From assembly GCA_044222185.1 (NCBI GenBank), contig JBGANV010000002.1, forward strand, positions 608,001-672,000: a stretch of DNA of 64,000 nt, read 5' to 3'. Below are positions 30,274 to 39,503 of this stretch, in pieces. A program made the translations under genes and the position numbers. How positions within the stretch are numbered: position 1 is the first letter of the stretch; each line of letters starts with the position of its first letter. Source of the stretch: Planctomycetota bacterium (GTDB lineage Bacteria > Planctomycetota > GCA-002687715 > CAIWVZ01). The notes under the pieces were generated by a model, which was not told the origin of the DNA, did no database searches, and saw only the letters and a list, made by a program, of their open reading frames with translations.

Positions 30274-31572
30274 CTACGCCTTCTTGATCGAGTTCAGGAA
30301 CGTCTTGTACTCGGCCTCGGCCTTGGGAACGCGTTCGGACGGACCGATCAGGCGCGCGCGGATCATGCTCTTCCCGAACGGGAGGACCGCGATCCGGATT
30401 GCCTGATCGCCGTTCGTGAGCTCGTATGACGATCCCTTGCCGGCAGTGAAGGATGCCTTCCCGCCCTTCGCTTTCGGGTCCGTCTGCTTGAGCGTCTCCA
30501 CGAGGCTCTTGATGAAGTCGTCGGCGGAGGGATCGGCCGCTTCATCGACGCGAACGATCTCGATGATCACGTCATCCTTCTCGAGCCGGGAGTCGAGGAA
30601 CTGCTTGGGTCCGTCGGTGGCACCCAGGTCGATCCAGCAGGACGGCAGCTTGAATGCGATGGTGCCGTGCTCGAGTTGGCACTCGCGGAAGACGGGCTTG
30701 CGGGCCTTCAGGGCCGGGATTCCCTGGGCGATCGCCGACGTCGCCTTCGCCTCGAACTTCACTTCGCCGGAGAGCATTCCCGCGGCATCTCCGATTCCCT
30801 TGACGGTCGACGTGCCTGCAACGGCCGCGCTGACCGTCCGGTGAGCGACGGGGTCGATCTGGAGCGCCAACGTGCCCTTGTAGACGGCTCGGAACGTCAT
30901 GCCGGACTTCGTCACGTCCTGGATCGCGGTGAACATTCCCGACAGTGCGGCGTAGCCGGTCTTCTCGTCGACCTTGTCGAGCGTCACCTCATAGGAGTCG
31001 TCCGTCAGCGCGTCGTCCAGGCTCAGCAACGTCGTGACGAGCGACCGCGCCTTGACGCGAACCGTCTGTCCGACCGCGAGGCTCTCCGGCAGCCCGATCC
31101 GCAAGCCCGTTGCGGCGGATTGGGGGAGCTGCTCGTGAAGCGTCTTCTTCAGGACACGTCGCGGCGGATCGGCGACCACGTGAACGTCGTCCTTGGACTC
31201 CGTGTAGGTGAACGTCACGCCGGCGAGTGCGGGGTCGCGAATCGCGCCGTTCTTCGTGACCTGGAACTCGACGTACGTGCGCTTGTCGACGATCGGAAAC
31301 TCATCCAAGCTCCCGAGCTCGTCGAGCCAACGGGCGGATGTGCGTTCGTCCACCGTTTGCGTCGCCTCCGTCGAACCCCGCTTCATCTGGAGCTTGCCCT
31401 TCACGGTGTTCACGAGGTCGACGACGAAGGCCGCGGGCTTGTCGCCGTACCGAAGGTCATATGTGGTGGGCTGAGACGCCGGCTTCGACTCCTGGGCGAC
31501 TGCAAAGCAGCAGGTCACCAACGCAACCGAACTCGTCACGAACGTCGACCAAGGGGATGGACGCCAACTCAC
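30274..31572 (-). CDS. Hypothetical exported protein
   Basis: 432-aa ORF with typical codon usage and a signal-like N-terminus (VALVTCCFAVAQ). No family recognised. Confidence 0.7.
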   Translation of the reverse strand: MSWRPSPWSTFVTSSVALVTCCFAVAQESKPASQPTTYDLRYGDKPAAFVVDLVNTVKGKLQMKRGSTEATQTVDERTSARWLDELGSLDEFPIVDKRTYVEFQVTKNGAIRDPALAGVTFTYTESKDDVHVVADPPRRVLKKTLHEQLPQSAATGLRIGLPESLAVGQTVRVKARSLVTTLLSLDDALTDDSYEVTLDKVDEKTGYAALSGMFTAIQDVTKSGMTFRAVYKGTLALQIDPVAHRTVSAAVAGTSTVKGIGDAAGMLSGEVKFEAKATSAIAQGIPALKARKPVFRECQLEHGTIAFKLPSCWIDLGATDGPKQFLDSRLEKDDVIIEIVRVDEAADPSADDFIKSLVETLKQTDPKAKGGKASFTAGKGSSYELTNGDQAIRIAVLPFGKSMIRARLIGPSERVPKAEAEYKTFLNSIKKA

Positions 31573-31662
31573 GATCGTCTCCAGAATGGGTTGCTCCGCG
31601 TGTCCGCTGGCGGCGAGTGTACCGAGCGCTTCGGTGAAACTGAGGGGCGCTGTCTCGGAATC

Positions 31663-32706
31663 TCAGGCACGCCGCGCGATGGCCGCGACGCGCTCCTCGA
31701 ACACGGCCAGCGTGGGCGCGCGCAGCAGTCCGACGCGGGACTCGTCGTCGATGGGAATGCCGACGGCCAGGCGTCGGTAGAGCTGCTTCATCTGCCCGAG
31801 CGTTCCCAGATCGGTTGCACCCTCGCGGAACATGCCATCGCGGTACGCCGCGTGGAAGCGAGCGAGATCGTCCGCGGTGACGACCGGCTCGGGCTCGCCG
31901 CGCGCCCGCGCCGCGAGCCGGGCGAAGATCCAGGGATCGCGGATGGCGCCCCGGCCGATCATCACGCCGTCGACGCCGCACTCCCTCAGCATGCGGTGCG
32001 CGTCGTCAGCCGTGAGGACGTCGCCGTTGCCGATCATCGGCAAGCGCGTCCAACGACGGACCTGTGTCAGGAACTCCCACCGCGCCGCGTGCGTGTAGGC
32101 GTCCGCCCGCGTGCGCGCGTGGACCGTCAGCGCCGCGGCGCCACCCTGCTCGACGGCATCGACGATGTCGCGCAGCCTCGACGTGTCCGTGGTGCCCAGC
32201 CGGATCTTCGCGGTCACAGGCACGGCGACCGCTTCGACGGCGGCGCGGATCAACGCGGTCATGCGCACAGGGTGATCGAGCAATGCAGAACCGGCGCACT
32301 TCTTGAACACGACCGGGGCGGGGCATCCGAAGTTCAGATCGATCATGGGCGCGCCGGCGGCGACTGCGTTGACGGCGGTCGCGGCGACGAGCGTGGGATC
32401 CGAGCCCATGAGCTGCACGCCCACGGGTGGGTCGAGGCGTGGCGGACCAAGCTCCTTGGCGATCACCAGAGCACGGAGCACGTTGTTCGAAACGCGGATG
32501 AACTCGGTCCAGGCCGCACCGACGCCGCCGAGCCCGATCACCAGATCGCGAAACGTCCGGTGCGTCACGCCTTCCATGGGCGCGAGCACGAAGCGCGATG
32601 CGTAGGCGACCTTCCGTCCGTGGAGCACGATCCCGCCCGCCGGCAGCGTCGAAGGCGGCGGCAGGTCGGTCGCGGGCCCGGCGGGAGTCTTGGTTTCGGA
32701 GGACAT
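31663..32706 (-). CDS. tRNA-dihydrouridine synthase family protein
   Basis: LAPMEGVT, IDLNFGCP, KIRLG, TVHARTR, NGDV and MIGRGA motifs. Confidence 0.93.
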   Translation of the reverse strand: MSSETKTPAGPATDLPPPSTLPAGGIVLHGRKVAYASRFVLAPMEGVTHRTFRDLVIGLGGVGAAWTEFIRVSNNVLRALVIAKELGPPRLDPPVGVQLMGSDPTLVAATAVNAVAAGAPMIDLNFGCPAPVVFKKCAGSALLDHPVRMTALIRAAVEAVAVPVTAKIRLGTTDTSRLRDIVDAVEQGGAAALTVHARTRADAYTHAARWEFLTQVRRWTRLPMIGNGDVLTADDAHRMLRECGVDGVMIGRGAIRDPWIFARLAARARGEPEPVVTADDLARFHAAYRDGMFREGATDLGTLGQMKQLYRRLAVGIPIDDESRVGLLRAPTLAVFEERVAAIARRA

Positions 32707-32750
32707 GGGGCGGACGATGCGAGGGCCGGAATCTAACCGCGGAGCCACAC

Positions 32751-33062
32751 GTGACCGATCTCTCGAGCCTCGCCCAAGCCGTCGCGCGCGCCATCCTGCC
32801 CAACACGGATCCGGAGGAGTTTCACCCGCACGAAGACTGGCACGACCTCGGCATGCTCGTCGAGGTGCTCGAAACCCAGGGTCTGTACCTCATGGTGAAC
32901 TCGGCGACGAAGGCGGGGGCCGTCCGCCGGATCGCCTCGTTCCACCGCGACACGGGCTGGGGTTACCCCTGCATCGGAAGCTCCGAGTGGGGGTACTTCG
33001 CCAAGCTGGGCGAGGCCGTGCTGCGCGCGGCCCACGAAGCCCTGCTCAAGCCCCGAGCCTGA
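32751..33062 (+). CDS. Small hypothetical protein upstream of purM
   Basis: GTG start after GGAG and host-like codon usage (VTDLSSLAQAVARAIL...RAAHEALLKPRA). Confidence 0.65.
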   Translation: MTDLSSLAQAVARAILPNTDPEEFHPHEDWHDLGMLVEVLETQGLYLMVNSATKAGAVRRIASFHRDTGWGYPCIGSSEWGYFAKLGEAVLRAAHEALLKPRA

Positions 33063-33096
33063 GCTACCATCGACGCTCATTCGAGGAGCCGCATCG

Positions 33097-34188
33097 ATGA
33101 CCGATCGCAACGAGGCCTACACCCAATCGGGAGTGGACGTGAACGCCGCCGGCGTGGCGCTGGCGCGGCTCGCGAAGCACGTCAACCCCACTTTGAAGCT
33201 CCGCGACGGTCGCGTCGGTCGCCCGATCCGCGGCCTGGGCTACTACGCCAACGTCCTCGACCTCGGAAACAACCTGGGGCTTGCGGTGTCCACCGACGGT
33301 GTGGGGACGAAGCTCCTCATCGCCGAGATGATGAACAAGTACGACACGGTCGGCATCGACTGCGTCGCGATGAACGTGAACGACGTCATCTGCGTGGGTG
33401 CCGAGCCGATCGCCATGTTGGATTACGTGGCCGTTGGCAAGTGCGACCCGGACGTGTTCGAGCAGGTCGGTCGCGGTCTGGCCGTCGCGTGCGAGCGCAG
33501 CCGCATCACGATTCCCGGTGGCGAAACCGCCATGGTGCGGGACATGCTCAAGGGGCACGGTGCCACGGAAGGGTTCGACCTCGTGGGGACCGCGGTCGGA
33601 GTGGTCCCGCTCGACCGGGCGCTCTTCGGGCAGGACATTCGCGGCGGCGACGTCGTCATCGGCGTCTCGTCGTCGGGCTTGCATTCGAACGGGTACAGCC
33701 TGGCCCGGCGCGTGCTGCTCTCGGAGGGGCGCACGCCGACGACCTTCGAATCGTCCTTCAAGCGCACGATCGGCGAGGAGATGCTCGAGCCGACGGCGTT
33801 GTACGTCACCCTGGCCGTCGAGTTGTTCGAGAGGAAGCTGCCGGTCCACGCCGTGTGCCACATCACGGGCGACGGGTACATGAACCTCGCGCGCGTCGAA
33901 GCGAAGGTCGGGTTCGTGCTCGACAACTTCCCCGAATGGCCCGCCGTGTTCCAGTTCATCGCCGACCGCGGTCGCATCTCGCCGGCGGAGATGTACACCG
34001 TCTTCAACATGGGCATCGGGCTGTGCGTCATCCTTCCCGAGGCGCACGCCGACGACGTCATCGCCACGTCGAAACGGCACGGGTTCGCCGCGCGACGACT
34101 CGGTTACGTCGATGCCGCACGTCCGGGCGAAGTGCGCATCCCCCAATGGAAGCTCGTCGGTCGCGGCAAGGAACTCTGGCAGGAGTAG
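33097..34188 (+). CDS. purM: Phosphoribosylformylglycinamidine cyclo-ligase (AIR synthase)
   Basis: YTQSGVD, STDGVGTK, GIDCVAMNVND, GGETA, SSGLHSNGYSL, HITG and VFNMGIG motifs. Confidence 0.97.
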   Translation: MTDRNEAYTQSGVDVNAAGVALARLAKHVNPTLKLRDGRVGRPIRGLGYYANVLDLGNNLGLAVSTDGVGTKLLIAEMMNKYDTVGIDCVAMNVNDVICVGAEPIAMLDYVAVGKCDPDVFEQVGRGLAVACERSRITIPGGETAMVRDMLKGHGATEGFDLVGTAVGVVPLDRALFGQDIRGGDVVIGVSSSGLHSNGYSLARRVLLSEGRTPTTFESSFKRTIGEEMLEPTALYVTLAVELFERKLPVHAVCHITGDGYMNLARVEAKVGFVLDNFPEWPAVFQFIADRGRISPAEMYTVFNMGIGLCVILPEAHADDVIATSKRHGFAARRLGYVDAARPGEVRIPQWKLVGRGKELWQE

Positions 34189-34191
34189 ACG

Positions 34192-34592
34192 CCGACCCCG
34201 TGCGCGAACCGGAGCGCCGGGGTTCCCCCGGCCGGACGGCGAGGCCTCCGGACTCGCCAGGAACGCGGACGTACCTCGATCCGCTTTCACGGAAGAAGCC
34301 GCGACGCCGCCAGGCAAGTCACGCCGGAATGCATGCCGCGGTTGAAGCCCGAACCAGCCCGCCGTCCGTGAATGCAGGCCGCCTTTCGTCCCGACCGCGT
34401 GCGCGAATCGGAGCGCCGGGGTTCCCCCGGCCGGACGGCGAGGCCTCCGGACTCGCCACGAACGCGGACGTACCTCGATCCGCTTTCACGGAAGAAGCCG
34501 CGACGCCGCCAGGCAAGTCACGCCGGAATGCATGCCGCGGATGAACCCCGAACCAGCCCGCCGTCCGTGAATGCAGAACGCCTGCCGTCCCG
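34192..34592. repeat. Tandem duplication, two ~199-bp copies
   Basis: Copies start at 34192 and 34391, with about 9 substitutions counted by eye. Located between the convergent purM and DJ-1 genes. Confidence 0.92.
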
Positions 34593-34605
34593 GAAGTGAG
34601 GCGAC

Positions 34606-35163
34606 TCAGCGCGCGGCGACGAGCATGTCGGCCGCGAGTTTGGTCGACGCCTTCTCGTCCTTCAGAAGCCTCACGAGCGTCAGCGCGAATTCGAGGGCCG
34701 TTCCGGGCCCGCGGCTCGTGACGACCTTGCCGTCGACGACCACGCGGTCCGTGGCGAGCCGGGCGCCCTTGAGCTCATCCTCGAAGCCCGGGTAGGAGGT
34801 CATGCTCTTGCCCGCGTGCACGCCGGCCTTCGCCAGTGCGATCGGCGCGGCGCAGATCGCCGCCGTGAATGCGCCGCGCTCCGCACACGACTTGATGAGT
34901 TTCTGTACGCGGGCGTCGTCGCGAAGATTCGTCGCGCCGGGGATGCCACCCGGAAGGACGATCATCTTCACCGACGCGGCGTCCACCTCATCGATCATGC
35001 AGTCGGTTGTGAGCGTGATCTCGTGAGCCCCCGTCACCGGCCCGGCCTTCAAGCCGACGGCCGCGACGTCCTGCCCCGCGCGCCGCAGCACGTCGATGAT
35101 CGTCACGGCCTCGATCTCCTCGAACCCATCGGCAAGCGGAACGACGACTGCGATCTTTCTCAT
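34606..35163 (-). CDS. DJ-1/PfpI (YajL/ThiJ-like) family protein
   Basis: GFEEIEAVTIIDVLRRAG, LPGG, AAICAAP and VTSRGPGTA motifs. Confidence 0.93.
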   Translation of the reverse strand: MRKIAVVVPLADGFEEIEAVTIIDVLRRAGQDVAAVGLKAGPVTGAHEITLTTDCMIDEVDAASVKMIVLPGGIPGATNLRDDARVQKLIKSCAERGAFTAAICAAPIALAKAGVHAGKSMTSYPGFEDELKGARLATDRVVVDGKVVTSRGPGTALEFALTLVRLLKDEKASTKLAADMLVAAR

Positions 35164-35208
35164 GGCACGCCTCGCTTCGGCGGCGTTCTCCGCCGGATGA
35201 CGGGCATG

Positions 35209-36120
35209 CTACGTGGCGGCGTTCGGGCGGCGAAACCAGACGAGGATGATCACGAGAGTCAAGGACAGGGCGAGCCAGCCCACGACGCCGTCGTAGTAGA
35301 CCTCGCCTCCGAAGAAGAGGCGATTCGGCCGCACGACCTCCCGGACGCTGTCCACGAAGATTCGATCGACCTGGCTGACCCAGTACCACCCCGCGTGGAC
35401 GCCCATGGCGAGCCAGACGTGGCCAAGTCGCAGGAAGAGCACCGTGAGGATCATTCCGACGAGAAAGAGCCCCAGCAGGTCCGGCCACTCCCGAAAGGCG
35501 TCCCCCAGGCCGGCGAAGAGTTCGCCCACGGCTTCGAGCCCCAAGGTCGCGGGCGATTGCGGAGGTGACCAGCGCTGCGGTGACCGAAGCAGGTGCGTCA
35601 GGGCGTAGATGCAGGTCCCGAGAATCGCTCCGCCTCTCACCGGCAGGACGCGGGTGAGGTCCCCGATCATGAGTCCGCGGAAGAGGACTTCCTCCATGAG
35701 CGCGAGTCCGAAACCGGCGGCGAAGTACTTCGCCATCGTCCAGGCGGCGGACCCGAGGGACGCATCGAAGATCACGGTGCGCGCGCCGCAGGCGAGAAGC
35801 CCGAGGTTGAGCGCGATGAGTGGCACCACGCCCACGACGAACCCGCGCAGGTACCAGACCGCTGGTCGGTCGACCGGGCGGAGTCCGCACGCGCGCCACA
35901 GCGGGTGTCGCCTCCGCGCCCCGAGCCAGGCGTAGGCGCCGAGGAACGTGATGATGAGGACGTTCTTGGCGACTCGAGCGATGCGCCGTCCCTCGGTGAA
36001 AGACGCCTGTTGCGAGGCCGCGGCGTCGGGCCTCACCCGGGTGATCAGGGGCGTCGCGATCGACGCAACTGCCGCGGCCAGAAGGGCCGAGAGAACGAAC
36101 GTCCGCAGCCAGATCAGCAC
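35209..36120 (-). CDS. CPBP (CAAX/Abi) family intramembrane metalloprotease
   Basis: EEVLFRG, YALTH and GVHAGW motifs with multiple TM helices. Confidence 0.88.
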   Translation of the reverse strand: MLIWLRTFVLSALLAAAVASIATPLITRVRPDAAASQQASFTEGRRIARVAKNVLIITFLGAYAWLGARRRHPLWRACGLRPVDRPAVWYLRGFVVGVVPLIALNLGLLACGARTVIFDASLGSAAWTMAKYFAAGFGLALMEEVLFRGLMIGDLTRVLPVRGGAILGTCIYALTHLLRSPQRWSPPQSPATLGLEAVGELFAGLGDAFREWPDLLGLFLVGMILTVLFLRLGHVWLAMGVHAGWYWVSQVDRIFVDSVREVVRPNRLFFGGEVYYDGVVGWLALSLTLVIILVWFRRPNAAT

Positions 36121-36297
36121 GTCGGTCCCGGGCGTAAGGTGCAGGCATTCATGGCTATAGGACGAGTAGGGTGAGCGGCGTCCGACCCCTGGAGACGACC
36201 GAGCGAGTCCAGGTCACGGGGTCAGACAGCGGGGTAGACTCCGCTGTGGTGTCCCAGCCGACAAGGCAAGAAACCTGAGCCCGACGCCCAAAACTCC

Positions 36298-36328
36298 CTT
36301 TGGCGTTCTCGCAGAAAGATGACAAACT
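36298..36328 (+). promoter_or_regulatory. Putative sigma70-type promoter of paralog 1
   Basis: TTGGCG-N17-CAAACT. A homologous block lies at the same distance upstream of paralog 2. Confidence 0.45.
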
Positions 36329-36454
36329 CGCGCCCTGACGTGACAGCCGTTGGGTGCGAACCGAGTCGGCGGTTCCGCATCAACCGTCAGGTTCGAAGTC
36401 GAAGCGTTTTCCCCACATCCAAAGCGTCGCTACAGCGACCTCAGGTGTCCAATC

Positions 36455-37648
36455 ATGAAGCATGTCCGTCTTGCGGTCGTGCTCGCTTGCACGACCATCT
36501 CCCTGTTCGCGCAGCAGCCGAATACTTTCTTCGCCAGCCTCACGATCAACGGGATCGACGGTCCTCCGTTCCCGATCACCCAGAACGTGCGGCGCAGCAC
36601 CACGGCCCAGTTCGTCTTCGCCGGTGCGCCGACGTTGACCGGAAACGGGCAGTACTTCGCGCTCTTCGCGTCGGGTACGGGCAACCTCGCGACGGGTACC
36701 GCCGTCTTCGCGGGTGATCACCTCGACATCCCGCTCACGCCGGCCCCGATCACGATCCTCGACGCCGCCCTGAACCCGGCGTTCCACACGGACCCGAACT
36801 CGGGCACGTTCCAGTTCCCCGTGTTCGTCCCCCAATCGATCGCTCTGAACTACCACGCGGCGTTCCAGGGCGTGATCACGGACCCGTCCTCGTCGGCGGG
36901 TTTCAGCCTCACGGCTGCGACGGGAATCACGATCGTCACCGGCCCGACCGTCACGCAGCACGTCCTGGGCGACTCCGGCAACGCGACGATCTCCCTCCCC
37001 ACGGGAATGACCATCCCCTTCTACGGCAACGCCTATTCGACGATCTACCTGGACGCCGACGGCTACCTGTCGTTCGGGACGAACCCGGGCAACGACTTCA
37101 CGCCGACAGAGGGTGAGTTCCACGCCGGCCCGCCGCGCATCGCCATGTTCTGGACGGACATGGAGCAGGGCACGGGGACGATCACGACGACGGTCGACAA
37201 CAACCCGGGCGTTGGGCTCATCCCGTTCGTTCGCGTCGACTTCGTGAACACGACGGACTGGACGATCCCGTCGGTGTTGCACTCCTTCGACTGCACCGTC
37301 GACACCAGCGGCGCCATCGTCCTGCACTATCCGCCGTCTCATCTCGCGAGCCAGTACGACCAGATCACGGGCATCACGCCCGGCAACAGCTTGCCAGTCG
37401 CCGGCACGAATCCGCCTACGCCGGACACGATGAAGAACCTCTCGAACCTCGTCTCGCCCAACTCCTACCTCGGAGCGGTGAACGAGGGCTACTACGAGTG
37501 GTTCGGCATCGCGGCGAACAACCAGTACTGGACGCCAAACCCGCCGGTCCCGGATCGCCCGTTCGACCTGTACACGAAGTACCTGAACTGGATCCCGCAG
37601 GGCATCGGCAACCTGCCTCAGTCGACGAACCGCTACGCCCTCTACTGA
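36455..37648 (+). CDS. Secreted protein, paralog 1 of 3 (shared module + NIDO-like domain)
   Basis: Signal peptide MKHVRLAVVLACTTISLFA, then FQGVITDPSSSAGFSLTAAT and IPFYG...DGYLSFG...IAMFWTD. Ends STNRYALY. Confidence 0.85.
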   Translation: MKHVRLAVVLACTTISLFAQQPNTFFASLTINGIDGPPFPITQNVRRSTTAQFVFAGAPTLTGNGQYFALFASGTGNLATGTAVFAGDHLDIPLTPAPITILDAALNPAFHTDPNSGTFQFPVFVPQSIALNYHAAFQGVITDPSSSAGFSLTAATGITIVTGPTVTQHVLGDSGNATISLPTGMTIPFYGNAYSTIYLDADGYLSFGTNPGNDFTPTEGEFHAGPPRIAMFWTDMEQGTGTITTTVDNNPGVGLIPFVRVDFVNTTDWTIPSVLHSFDCTVDTSGAIVLHYPPSHLASQYDQITGITPGNSLPVAGTNPPTPDTMKNLSNLVSPNSYLGAVNEGYYEWFGIAANNQYWTPNPPVPDRPFDLYTKYLNWIPQGIGNLPQSTNRYALY

Positions 37649-37820
37649 GCGCAGCGTCGCGCGCCGTCGGACGGCAGGGCTTTGCCCTGCCTGTCCGCGC
37701 GCTTCGCCTCTCCTTGAGGCCCGATCGCTCTCGCTTCGGCGCGTGAATTCTTGCGCCGCGCCGGCTCGCCTGCCGCCCACGAAGCCCTGCTGCAGACGGC
37801 GTCTCAATCGTCCAAAGTAC

Positions 37821-37851
37821 CTTTGGCATTCTCCGAAAAAGATGCGAGACT
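37821..37851 (+). promoter_or_regulatory. Putative sigma70-type promoter of paralog 2
   Basis: TTGGCA-N17-GAGACT, homologous to 36298-36328. Confidence 0.45.
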
Positions 37852-37978
37852 CCGCGGCGGTCCCGTCAACCGCAAGGTGTGCGTCGAGTCGGCGATTCGG
37901 CAGTCCGCGACGACCCCAACCTCGAAGCGTCTTCCACGGTCTCAACCCGGTCGCGCTCGCGACCATTGGTGTCCAGCC

Positions 37979-39175
37979 ATGAAGCATGTCCGATTTGCAG
38001 CCGTGCTGGCATGCACGACGATCTCCTTGATCGCGCAGCAGCCGAACTCGTTCTTCAGCGGGCTCACGATCAACAACATCGACGGGCCTCCATTCCCGAT
38101 CTCACAGAACGTCCGCCGCAGCACGACGGCGCAGTTCCTCATCAACGGCGCCACGAGCCTCACGGCGACCGGTCAGTACTTCTCGCTCTACGCGTCTGCC
38201 ACCGGCAACCTCTCCGTCGGTGCCGGGCTGTACGCGGGCGACCACGTGGACATTCCGCTCACGCCCGCCCCGGTCACCGTCATCAACTCGACGGTGAATC
38301 CCGCGTTCCACACGGACCCGCAGTCGGGCACGTTCCAGTTCAGCGTCTTCGTTCCGCAGTCGATCGCGCTGAATTTCCACGCTGCCTACCAGGCTGCGAT
38401 CACCGATCCGACCTCGCCAGCGGGCTACAGCCTGACGGCTGCCACCGGCGTGACGATCGTCGCGGGGCCGACCGTCACGCAGCAACCGCTTGGCGATTCC
38501 GGCAGCGCGGCGATCACGCTCCCGTCCGGCATGACGATCCCGTTCTATGGGAGCGCCTACTCGACGATCTACATCGATGCCGATGGATACCTGAGTTTCG
38601 GCAGCAACCCAGGGAACGACTACACGCCGACGGAAGGCGAGATGCACGCGGGCCCACCGCGCATCGCGATGTTCTGGACCGATCTCGATCAAGCCGCGAG
38701 CGGGACGATCACCACGACCGTCGACAACAACCCAGGCATCGGAATCGCACCGTTCGTGAAGGCGACCTACGTCAACGTCGGTGAGGCCTACGGCGTCCCA
38801 CTCATCCACAACTTCGAGTGCACGGTCGACAACACCGGGATCATCACCCTCTACTACCCGCCCGCGCAGCTCGCGAGCGCCTACGACCAGATCACGGGCA
38901 TCACGCCGGGCAACAGCCTGCCGGTCGCCGGTTCGAACCCGCCGACCCCGGACGCGATGAAGAACCTGTCCAACCTCCTGACCCCGAACTCCTACCTCGG
39001 AGCGGTGAACGAGGGCTACTACGAGTGGTTCGGCATCGCGGCCAACAACCAGTACTGGACTCCGTACCCTCCGATCCCGGACCGGCCGTTCGACCTGTTC
39101 ACGCGCTACCTCAACTGGATTCCGCAGGGCGTGGGCAACCTGCCTCAGTCGACGAACCGTTACGCGCTGTACTGA
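37979..39175 (+). CDS. Secreted protein, paralog 2 of 3
   Basis: Highly similar to 36455-37648 over its whole length. Ends STNRYALY. Confidence 0.85.
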   Translation: MKHVRFAAVLACTTISLIAQQPNSFFSGLTINNIDGPPFPISQNVRRSTTAQFLINGATSLTATGQYFSLYASATGNLSVGAGLYAGDHVDIPLTPAPVTVINSTVNPAFHTDPQSGTFQFSVFVPQSIALNFHAAYQAAITDPTSPAGYSLTAATGVTIVAGPTVTQQPLGDSGSAAITLPSGMTIPFYGSAYSTIYIDADGYLSFGSNPGNDYTPTEGEMHAGPPRIAMFWTDLDQAASGTITTTVDNNPGIGIAPFVKATYVNVGEAYGVPLIHNFECTVDNTGIITLYYPPAQLASAYDQITGITPGNSLPVAGSNPPTPDAMKNLSNLLTPNSYLGAVNEGYYEWFGIAANNQYWTPYPPIPDRPFDLFTRYLNWIPQGVGNLPQSTNRYALY

Positions 39176-39503
39176 TCCGGGAGCGTTTCGAGGGCCTGCC
39201 ACGGAGGGCCCGACATCCTGAGCACGGCGGACCGGGGAAACCTGGCCCGCCGTTTTCATTTCATCGGGCAGCTCCCGAAGGTCCGGCCCCGTGCGGTCTG
39301 GGGCTCATCCTCACTTGACCTGGATCTGTGAAAACGCTTAGATCTTGCCGTGCGCACCGTGGATGAATGCCTTCGCTGCGGTGCACGAAACGAAGCGTTC
39401 CGTCGACGAGCCATCCGGCTCGCGCAAGTGATCACGGTGGGTTGCTCTCACTTGACGAGTGGAGCACGAGCGGGCGCGCCGCGGTCAGGTGGAGAAACGT
39501 GTC

